From positions 640,001 through 704,000 of the forward strand of contig CAVRCI010000002.1 in NCBI GenBank assembly GCA_963719495.1: a stretch of 64,000 bases of DNA. Reading direction: 5' to 3'. Under the pieces are notes generated by a model that was not told the DNA's origin, made no database searches, and saw only the letters and a list, made by a program, of their open reading frames with translations. The translations under genes and the position numbers were made by a program. Position 1 is the stretch's first letter, and every line of letters starts with the position of its first letter. The DNA is from an uncultured Verrucomicrobiae bacterium (GTDB lineage Bacteria > Verrucomicrobiota > Verrucomicrobiia > Chthoniobacterales > JAATET01). Positions 39,561-47,719 of this stretch are shown piece after piece.

Positions 39561-40049
39561 GTGCCAAAACTTACGTTTGCCGGACTTGAATCCAGGGTTT
39601 CTCCGCGAAAGCAAGGGTTGAGATCGTTCGGCCGTTCGCATGTGCGCAGCGAAAATTTCGCAATTTTCGTCTGGGTCGGGTTGGGATTATGTTTTTGTTG
39701 GCAGTCGTCTTTCGGTGCGAGGTCGGGTTCCGTCGAAAGCAACACTGTCGTTGCCATAGGAAATGCGGACTATTCGTTTCAAGGAAGGCCATTTTTGACC
39801 GTATCTCCCGGTAGGACGTTCGAGCTCCAAGCCGTGCGCAGGACCGTTGCCCTCGTATCCGGTCTGCAGAAGGATGGCAGCAGCAGTGACTGGAGGACAA
39901 TCGGTAAGGTCGATTGGAGCTGGAAAGGCGAACTTATTCGAAAAGAAGGGCAGCTGGTCGCGGAAGGTGGTGTGGAAGAGGGCACTGCGGAAAAGACAAG
40001 TGATGTACCTGAAACGCCGACTCAACCAAGTGACTGGGATACCATCTAA
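39561..40049 (+). CDS. Hypothetical protein or gene remnant in an AT-richer insert
   Basis: Open frame with an uncertain start. Only the 3' half looks protein-like. Confidence 0.3.
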   Translation: MPKLTFAGLESRVSPRKQGLRSFGRSHVRSENFAIFVWVGLGLCFCWQSSFGARSGSVESNTVVAIGNADYSFQGRPFLTVSPGRTFELQAVRRTVALVSGLQKDGSSSDWRTIGKVDWSWKGELIRKEGQLVAEGGVEEGTAEKTSDVPETPTQPSDWDTI

Positions 40050-40068
40050 GTTGTCCACAATAACTACT

Positions 40069-40557
40069 ATGAATTCAAAAATCCATCGAGCAGTTCTCTT
40101 GATATGCGGTATTTCTTGTTATTCTGCTATTTGCCAAAACAAGGAAAGACAGGTTCTAGATATCTCCGGGCATTTTACATACGACCACGGTCCGGCTGAA
40201 TCTCCGCGCCCAACTGTTGAGTGTGTAACCGATCTAATCAAATTAGAATCCGAGTTGGATACGCTTCGTCGAGAAGTGTCGCCACCGTCAGAAGAAGCAA
40301 ATCGTAAACCCAATAGCGGTGACGATTTGACCCATAGGGAAGAGGAAGCTCTGCGGATTCATCGTGATATCATCACGATGAAAAATTACCTCGCGGCATA
40401 TCTGCAGAGAAGCCCGGAAGACGTGAAGATACCGATCGTTGCCAAGTTTCTATCCGAACACCCTGATTTCCGGCCCTTCGAGATCCCGAAAAAGGATCTG
40501 CCGCGCATTCCCAAGCTTGGCGAAACGTTTAATTTTAATTTCGGGTATGAGTTTTAA
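40069..40557 (+). CDS. Hypothetical exported protein (AT-rich)
   Basis: ATG 40069 MNSKIHRAVLLICGISCYSA, signal-like. Codon usage is atypical for the window. Confidence 0.55.
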   Translation: MNSKIHRAVLLICGISCYSAICQNKERQVLDISGHFTYDHGPAESPRPTVECVTDLIKLESELDTLRREVSPPSEEANRKPNSGDDLTHREEEALRIHRDIITMKNYLAAYLQRSPEDVKIPIVAKFLSEHPDFRPFEIPKKDLPRIPKLGETFNFNFGYEF

Positions 40558-40642
40558 TCTCGGATCTCGGCCCCGGGGTTTGTACGCGTAAATCGCCAAC
40601 GGATTCTCCGGCTGCGCGAGATTCCGGCAGAGTTGTCGCGCC

Positions 40643-42796
40643 ATGTCCGACCCCTACCTGACCGCGCTCCACGACAGTCTGAACGACAGCGCGATGCAGC
40701 GGAAATTTCGGCGGATCGCGCCGATGCCCTTCGGCGTCGTGTTCCTGCCGTGGGCCGGGATGACCGAAGAGGACATGCGTGGGCATTTTCGCGAGATGAA
40801 GCGGCTTGGGTTTACGAATCTCAAGCAGACCATGCCGACGCCCGAGTGGAGCGAGGCGCGAATCCTGGCCGTTGCGCACGAGGAGGGGATCATTCCCTTT
40901 TGGTACGGCGAGGGTGGTTGGGAGGACATCACCGACGAATTGCTCGACCAGCTCGACATTCCTCGTGACACGCCGATGCCCGAGATCCGCGAGGATGCGC
41001 GAATGCGCGAGTATCAGCACGAGGTAATCAAGCGCCGGATCGGGAGGGAGAAAATCTCCGCCCAAGTCGAAGGAACGGTTCTCCAGGAAGCGGGTATGGA
41101 GCGTCCGCCGGACAACCTGCGGCTGCACAACGATCCGGTGCTGTGGGATGACTCCGTGCCGTTTTTCAAACAATGGGTGAAGGCGCATTACCCCTACGTC
41201 GAGACGCTGAACCGGACGTGGAATCTCGGAGAGGTCGGGATCTGCGAGCGGCCCTACGAAAGCTGGGAGGACTTCGATTCCGACGAAACGCTCACCCGTT
41301 TCAGCCGAAAAAACGAATACCGTCACGTCCGCGACATTCTGCGCTTCAAGGCCGATCACGCACTCGCGACCGTGGTCCGCGCCGCCGAACTCTCGCGCGA
41401 GCGCGATCCGGACGAACCGCAGCGCGCGGGCGGTGAGATGGGGTTGTTCCTGCCGTTTGCCTGGCGAGGGACCGACATGGAGGGCTTCGCTCGCGCGATG
41501 CGTGAGCACGGCTCCTTCTACCCGTCGATCCATCTGGCGTGGCATTTCGAGGAGGTCGAATACGAGGTTGCCCGCTGCATTTACATGCAGGCTTCACTCG
41601 CGGCGGATTGGTTCAAGGGCGGCTGGTCGGCGACGTGGGAGAGCACCGGCGGGCCGCAGCAATTCTCCGGCGGCAAGGCGTGGAACGCCAAATCCGCCGA
41701 GGAGACCGCGGGCTACACGGTCGATGCCGGCACGATGTCCCAGCTTCTCCTGAGTTACCTGGCGGCGGGATTCAAGGGCGTCGGACTCTGGAGTTGGAAC
41801 CCGCGCCAGGCGGGCTGGGAAGCCGGCGAGTATGCGCTTCTCGACCGTCAAAACCGTGCGGGAACCCGCGCCGAACGCGCGGGCGCCATCGCTCGCGCGG
41901 CCAACCAATACCGCGACGAACTCTGGGCTGCGCGCAAGGAGCCGCTCGTTGGCGTCTACGTGGACTGGGACAACGAAGCGCTCTGGGCGGCGATGTCTGT
42001 GGCCAACCGCGATCAATTCCGATTCTGGCCCGTCCACGCGCGGATCGGTGCGAGTCGCGCGCTCGTGAATGGCAACGTCCCGTGGGAACACCTCACCGCG
42101 AACGACCTCCGTGCGGGCCTCGCCGGGCGCTATCGCACGATCATCCTCCCCGCCCATATCGCCATCTCCGAGGAGACGCTCGCGCTCTTCGCCGCCTACG
42201 TTGAAGCCGGGGGACGGGTCGTTCTCGACGCACCCGGCGCTTGGTTTGACATGCGGGGGCGGTTGCTGGATACCGGCGCGGGATCGGCGTTCGAGCGCCT
42301 CTTCGGCGTCGAGATTCGCGATTACCAGTATTCGAACAACGTCCCTCGATCGCTCGACGGACGAAGGCTCGACGGCTTCATCCTCGATCTCCATCCGACC
42401 ACGGCGGAGACGCGCGCGGCCTTCGACGAATGCGGTCCGGCCAGCACGGAAAACGCGCTGGGCTCCGGCACCGCCGTCGTCCTCGCGTGGGAGGCGACCC
42501 ACCAGATCTTCCGCCCCGGGGAGGACGCGATGGAATCCCGCCTGCGCGACGCCGTCCTCGGTGGCCTCGCATCTCCCTACCGCTGCGACGGCGCGCTCGT
42601 CTATCGTCTCGCCGCCCCCGCTGCGGACCACTATTTTTTCGTCAACGACGGCCCCGCCCGGGAGGTCCGCCTGGAGACCGATTTCGACTACGCATCCGCG
42701 TCCGATCCGGTCAGCGGAGATCCTTTCGCCCTCGACGCTCCCATCGCGCTCGAATCTCACGGCGCCCGCTGGTCGCGGATGGAGAAACGGCGCTGA
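40643..42796 (+). CDS. GH42-like glycoside hydrolase with beta-galactosidase trimerisation domain
   Basis: ETLNRTWN, TWESTGG, WSWNPRQAGWEAGEY, YVEAGGRVVLD..ERLFGV. Confidence 0.75.
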   Translation: MSDPYLTALHDSLNDSAMQRKFRRIAPMPFGVVFLPWAGMTEEDMRGHFREMKRLGFTNLKQTMPTPEWSEARILAVAHEEGIIPFWYGEGGWEDITDELLDQLDIPRDTPMPEIREDARMREYQHEVIKRRIGREKISAQVEGTVLQEAGMERPPDNLRLHNDPVLWDDSVPFFKQWVKAHYPYVETLNRTWNLGEVGICERPYESWEDFDSDETLTRFSRKNEYRHVRDILRFKADHALATVVRAAELSRERDPDEPQRAGGEMGLFLPFAWRGTDMEGFARAMREHGSFYPSIHLAWHFEEVEYEVARCIYMQASLAADWFKGGWSATWESTGGPQQFSGGKAWNAKSAEETAGYTVDAGTMSQLLLSYLAAGFKGVGLWSWNPRQAGWEAGEYALLDRQNRAGTRAERAGAIARAANQYRDELWAARKEPLVGVYVDWDNEALWAAMSVANRDQFRFWPVHARIGASRALVNGNVPWEHLTANDLRAGLAGRYRTIILPAHIAISEETLALFAAYVEAGGRVVLDAPGAWFDMRGRLLDTGAGSAFERLFGVEIRDYQYSNNVPRSLDGRRLDGFILDLHPTTAETRAAFDECGPASTENALGSGTAVVLAWEATHQIFRPGEDAMESRLRDAVLGGLASPYRCDGALVYRLAAPAADHYFFVNDGPAREVRLETDFDYASASDPVSGDPFALDAPIALESHGARWSRMEKRR

Positions 42797-42845
42797 CAAT
42801 TTGCTCGTTTCCGACGACGCCGGAATCGGGCTCCTAAAAAATCCA

Positions 42846-45800
42846 ATGAAAGCCCCCCCGATCTTTGCGCTGGCTGCGCTTATCCTGATATCGCCACCGC
42901 TGCACGCCCAGACGGGCGACGCGATTTTCGCCGACTACTCGGCGGCCCCCGACAGCCATCCGAATCTGCCGAACAACAGCTTCGCCGGATACCGCGCGGG
43001 CGAAACGCCGATTCCCGACGTGCCCGTGATCGTCGACCTGGCGGCGTTTGGCGGCGTGGGCGACGGGGTCACGGACAATACGAAGGCCTTCGCCGACGCG
43101 ATCGAGGCGGCCTGGCGGGCGGGTGGCGGCGCGGTTTCCATCCCGGCGGGAACTTTCCGGGTGGAAGAAATGATCCACCTCAACCGCTCCGGCGTGGTGC
43201 TGCGAGGGGCGGGCCGGACGGCGACCACCATCGCTTTCCCCAACAGCCTCGAGCAGGTGCTCGGCGTCCGCGGCGTGGGCACCAGTAGCTGGTCGTGGCA
43301 GGGTGGGTTGATCTCGGTGTTGCCCGAGGCGGCGCTGAAAAAGGATCCCTTCGACCGCATCGATTCCTTCATGGGTGGCGGGACAAGGGATTGGTCCACC
43401 TGGTGGTCGGGAATCGACAATTACAACGGACCCGAGCTGGCGCGGGTGACGAGCACGGCTCCGCGAGGTGCGCGCGAGGTCACCGTGAACGACGCGTCCG
43501 GGCTGAAGGTCGGTGAGTTCTATTTGATGAGCTGGGAATCCGCGGCTCTGGAGGGCGACTACAGTTTGTGGAAACACATTGCCGGGCACCCGGCGATGGA
43601 CGCGTTCGATTGGGCGAGGGCGTTCGACCTGAACAGGCGCACCCAGTTTCAGTGGCCGGTGCGGATCGAGGCGATCACCGGAAACACGGTGCAGCTGGCG
43701 CAGCCGACGCGGATCGACATTCGCGCCGAGTGGAACGTGGCCTTCGAACCCATGGGCACGGTGATCGAGGAATCCGGAGTGGAAAGCCTGACCATCGAAC
43801 TACAGAACGCCCCGCTCACGACGCCCCATAACCAGTATGACGGCTGGAACGGCGTGTATTTCAGCAAGACGATCAATTGCTGGGCGCGCGACATCACGGT
43901 GCGGAACGGCCAAAACGGATTTTTGACCCGCTCCAACAAGTATCTGACGATTTCCAACGTGCGCTTCGAGGGCACCGTCGGGTTGCACCACGCCACCACG
44001 CACGTGCGGGGGCACGATTGCCTGGTGGAAAATTTCGTCCTCGCCCAACCGGTTCACCACGGGATCAGCGTCGAGGACCTGTCCACCGGCGTGACCTATC
44101 GCGGCGGCAACCTGCCTTTCGGCACCTTCGACAGCCACCGCTTCATGCCCTTCGACGTGCTCCGGACCGACATTTCTCTGGCCAACGACGACGGCGGACC
44201 GGGCGGGGCCAGCGACTTCGGGCCCTTCGTCGGAAAAAACGTGGTTCACTGGAACGTGGACATCACCGGCACGACGGATCGCGGCGCGTGGGTCAACCAC
44301 CCGCACACCCACTCGATGGGCGCGCTGGTCGGCGTGCGCGGCGCTCCGGAGGATTACACGACCCCGCTCTTCGGCATGGAGCCGGGGTTGAAGGGAACGA
44401 TCATCGCCGACGCCGGAACCCCGCCTTCGATTACCGACCTTTACCAGGCGCAGTTCGATCTCCGCAAAGCGAACAACAAGTGGGTGCGTCTGGCATTGCC
44501 CAACGACGGATTCGCGCCCGCGGGCGACATCGGCTTTGCCGCCTCGGCGAATCCCGGCGCGGGCCGCACGGTGGTCTCGGTGGAATTCTTCAAGGACGGC
44601 GTCACGTTCGGATCGGACACCAGCGCGCCGTTCACCGCCACCTGGACCGGAGCGACGAAAGGGAAGGTGGAGATCACGTTGAAAATGACCGACGATCTCG
44701 GCGGCGAGACGTTTTCCGTTCCGTCCGATTTGATCGTGGGCGAGCGCGTGCGTGTCCAGAGCGACGCCGCGCGGGTGTCCCGACAGGGCTCGTGGAGCGT
44801 CGAGAATGCGCCTGGCAGCGATGGCGGGTCGCTACGCGGAAACGCGGTCGACGGCGGTGCCTGGATGCAGATCGATTTTGTCGGCACCCGGCTGCGAGCA
44901 TACGCCGGGCCGCGCGGCGGCGGTTCGGAAGTGGAGGTCTACCTCGACGATCTGGTAATCCCGTCGAACCGGTTCACCTACGACACCGTGGACTCGCCAC
45001 GGCAACTGGTCTACGATTCCGGCAAGCTGCCGGACGGTCTGCACACCGCTCGGTTCATCGCGCTCGACGACGTGGACCTGGATTTTTTCGAGGTCACCGA
45101 AACCGCCGACCTGACGACAAATACGCCACCGGTTCCGGCTTTCACCGCCGCCTCGCTGGTCGGTCGAGCGCCGTTTGCATTCAGCGCGGACGCTTCCCCT
45201 TCGACCGACGCCGAGGGTCCGATCGCCAGCTACCGATGGAGCCCTGGCGATGGGACCGTCGTGAACGGTGCCACGCTCAATCACACTTTCACTGAACCCG
45301 GCATGCACGTGGTGCGGCTGGAGGTGCGCGATTCGAAGGGACAACCAGCGGCGATACAGTTCGAGGTCCGGGTGGAACCATCGGTCACCGGGATCGGCCT
45401 CGACCGGCAGGTCGTCCGGCTGGTCGGAAACATCACGGGAGGCACCCAGAACTTCACCGCGGGCGTGGTGAACACCTCGCTGGATCTCGACGGGGTCGGC
45501 GGAGCCAACGACGGCCGCGCCGAGTATCCCCTGGGAGCGACGCCGGTACTGGCAGGCGGCAGCTACTTCGGCCACCCGCTCTTCGGGCGGGTCGTGCTCG
45601 AGCAATTGAACAGCGCGCCGCCCCCGTTTTCCGACCGAAAGGTGGACAACGCTCACTGGAGCGATCTGCTCAACGTGCGCGCCGCGAACGACGGCTTCTG
45701 GGGACTGCTCTACGTGGATAAGACCGACTTCGCGAACGGCGGCAGTGAGCGGGCGGTGACGCTGAACTCGGTCAGCGCGCTGCGCCTGGACCGGGTGCTT

Positions 45801-47528
45801 TCGAACGAGAATCTCGGCGACCTGCGCTTCGTCATTCGCCAGGGCGGCGTGTTTTATCTATCGGAGGCGAAGTACTTGAATGGCGGGGTGTTCGTGCTCG
45901 GTTTCGACCGCAATGACGATGACAATCAATGGGCGGTGTGGGATCCGGCCGCCGGGCAGTCGCCCGCCGACAGTGCGCTGGATTTCCAAGAGCGGAATTT
46001 CACCGATATCGATGGTTTCGGATTTGCCTGGGGCAAGGCGCGCGGGGTTTCTTCTGTGCGGAACTGGATGAAAGTGGCGGACTTGACCGTGACCGCGCAG
46101 GCAGCACCGCCGGAATACCTTCCCACCGCGGTGATCACGCCGAGACCGGCCAGCGGCACGGCACCGTTTCCGGTGAACTTCGATGGCAGCAGCTCGACGG
46201 CAGGATTGAACAACAGCATCGTTGATTACCGCTGGGATTTCGGTGACGGCAATATCGGCAAAGGTGCGACCGTGAGCCACACCTACATCCGCGGTGGCTC
46301 CTACACAGCGACGCTGACCGTGGAAACGACGGAAGGTGTGACCGACAGCAGCGATCTGAGTTTTGCGATCACCGATCCGAATTTGTCCAATGACGAGGTG
46401 ATGATTGTCGATTGGGGTGGCGACTCGGTGTCGTCGTCGCAGAAATTCCGCGACGCCCCAGGGATCGTGACCACCGGCCTGAATCTGGACGCCGACGGGC
46501 AGAACGACGACTCCCGGCGGGAGTTTTCCTTTCGGCTCGATGCTCCGCTTTCCCCGACGACCAACTACACCGGCGGGCCGTTCTACGGAGGTATGCGCGG
46601 CGAGCAACTGGATGGCGGCCCGGGGAGTTTTACGGATGACGGTGTGAAGCAGAACGCGGGGGGCGACAAGATCGGCAATCGCTTCCAGGCGGGTGCTCCG
46701 TCCTCGTTTTCCGGAGCCTTGCTGTGGGTGAAAAACGATTTTCGCGAATTCGGCTCGGGCTCCAACAACCCGGTTTCGTTCAACGCCAAAAGCCGATTGA
46801 CCATCGACAGGATAAGCCGTTTCGAGAACGTCGAGGCCCGCTGGGTGGTGCGGGAAGGCGGTCAGTTCTGGGTCTCCCAAGCCGTGATCTCGCCCTCCGG
46901 CGGCAAGGCCGAATTGACCTTCACCAGCGACGGTATCGATGGCAACTGGGCGATGTGGAGCCAGCCGGAAAATCTCGATTTCGACGCCGCGGGTGCGAGT
47001 TTCACTTCCCGAAACTTCTCCGACGTGACGGCGGTCGGATTCTGCTGGAACTCGGCGGGTTTTGCCGCGCTGCGCTACTGGATCGAATTCGGCGAGTTCG
47101 AGGTGGTGGCCGCGCTGGGCGGCGACGATCCGATCGACGCTTGGCGCGCGTCCGAATTCGGTGCCGACGCCGGGAATCCCGCGCTGGAAGCGACGGTATG
47201 GGGTGATCAGGCAGACCCGAATCACAACGGCCGATCCAATCTGCTCGAATTCCTGGTGGGCACCGAGCCGAGATCGGTGACGGCGCTACCACTGACGATC
47301 CGAACAAAAACCGCGCCTTCCGCCATCGTCCTCCGCTACACCCGCCGGATTCAGCGGGGTGGCCGGACGCTGACGCCTGAGTGGTCGCCGGATCTGCAGG
47401 ATCCGTGGAGTCGGAGTGGCATTTCCGAGAGCATCGAATTTGATGACGGCACCATCCAGACCATCGACGCCGTGCTCCCGACCAACGGTCGTGACAAAGT
47501 TTTCCTCCGGCTGCGCGGAGGCGAGTGA
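42846..47528 (+). CDS. Large secreted beta-helix (pectate-lyase-3-like) protein with Ig-like, two PKD and two repeated unknown domains
   Basis: Signal peptide; FGGVGDGVTDNTKAF..IPAGTF..VVLRGAG; VEFF..G.DTSAPF; PKD motifs YRWSPGDG and YRWDFGDG; C-terminal NLLEF...FLRL domain. Confidence 0.82.
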   Translation: MKAPPIFALAALILISPPLHAQTGDAIFADYSAAPDSHPNLPNNSFAGYRAGETPIPDVPVIVDLAAFGGVGDGVTDNTKAFADAIEAAWRAGGGAVSIPAGTFRVEEMIHLNRSGVVLRGAGRTATTIAFPNSLEQVLGVRGVGTSSWSWQGGLISVLPEAALKKDPFDRIDSFMGGGTRDWSTWWSGIDNYNGPELARVTSTAPRGAREVTVNDASGLKVGEFYLMSWESAALEGDYSLWKHIAGHPAMDAFDWARAFDLNRRTQFQWPVRIEAITGNTVQLAQPTRIDIRAEWNVAFEPMGTVIEESGVESLTIELQNAPLTTPHNQYDGWNGVYFSKTINCWARDITVRNGQNGFLTRSNKYLTISNVRFEGTVGLHHATTHVRGHDCLVENFVLAQPVHHGISVEDLSTGVTYRGGNLPFGTFDSHRFMPFDVLRTDISLANDDGGPGGASDFGPFVGKNVVHWNVDITGTTDRGAWVNHPHTHSMGALVGVRGAPEDYTTPLFGMEPGLKGTIIADAGTPPSITDLYQAQFDLRKANNKWVRLALPNDGFAPAGDIGFAASANPGAGRTVVSVEFFKDGVTFGSDTSAPFTATWTGATKGKVEITLKMTDDLGGETFSVPSDLIVGERVRVQSDAARVSRQGSWSVENAPGSDGGSLRGNAVDGGAWMQIDFVGTRLRAYAGPRGGGSEVEVYLDDLVIPSNRFTYDTVDSPRQLVYDSGKLPDGLHTARFIALDDVDLDFFEVTETADLTTNTPPVPAFTAASLVGRAPFAFSADASPSTDAEGPIASYRWSPGDGTVVNGATLNHTFTEPGMHVVRLEVRDSKGQPAAIQFEVRVEPSVTGIGLDRQVVRLVGNITGGTQNFTAGVVNTSLDLDGVGGANDGRAEYPLGATPVLAGGSYFGHPLFGRVVLEQLNSAPPPFSDRKVDNAHWSDLLNVRAANDGFWGLLYVDKTDFANGGSERAVTLNSVSALRLDRVLSNENLGDLRFVIRQGGVFYLSEAKYLNGGVFVLGFDRNDDDNQWAVWDPAAGQSPADSALDFQERNFTDIDGFGFAWGKARGVSSVRNWMKVADLTVTAQAAPPEYLPTAVITPRPASGTAPFPVNFDGSSSTAGLNNSIVDYRWDFGDGNIGKGATVSHTYIRGGSYTATLTVETTEGVTDSSDLSFAITDPNLSNDEVMIVDWGGDSVSSSQKFRDAPGIVTTGLNLDADGQNDDSRREFSFRLDAPLSPTTNYTGGPFYGGMRGEQLDGGPGSFTDDGVKQNAGGDKIGNRFQAGAPSSFSGALLWVKNDFREFGSGSNNPVSFNAKSRLTIDRISRFENVEARWVVREGGQFWVSQAVISPSGGKAELTFTSDGIDGNWAMWSQPENLDFDAAGASFTSRNFSDVTAVGFCWNSAGFAALRYWIEFGEFEVVAALGGDDPIDAWRASEFGADAGNPALEATVWGDQADPNHNGRSNLLEFLVGTEPRSVTALPLTIRTKTAPSAIVLRYTRRIQRGGRTLTPEWSPDLQDPWSRSGISESIEFDDGTIQTIDAVLPTNGRDKVFLRLRGGE

Positions 47529-47627
47529 AGGCGGCGAAAGCGTCCCGCCAGCGGCGTTCGATCCCCGGCAGGGCGCGCGGATCTCGACCGAAAAGCTTCT
47601 GAAGATCCCAGATTCACCCGCGTCAGA

Positions 47628-47640
47628 TATACGTGTAAAA
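47628..47640. promoter_or_regulatory. Operator-like site TATACGTGTAAAA
   Basis: Exact reverse complement of 38410-38422. Intergenic, 80 bp upstream of ATG 47720. Confidence 0.6.
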
Positions 47641-47719
47641 TTCAGCAATTGGTCTTTTAAGCGTGAAACAGTCGACATCAATCCGGGGTTGCTTGTAGAG
47701 AAAGTGCAACTCCCAAAAC

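Noticed and set aside
42069..42845. N-terminal extension of the 1819-aa ORF (also 2146-4179, 31426-33630 and 27135-28403 as listed in the track)
   Set aside because: The extensions overlap neighbouring real genes in another frame. True starts were placed at downstream ATGs with signal peptides or family N-termini.
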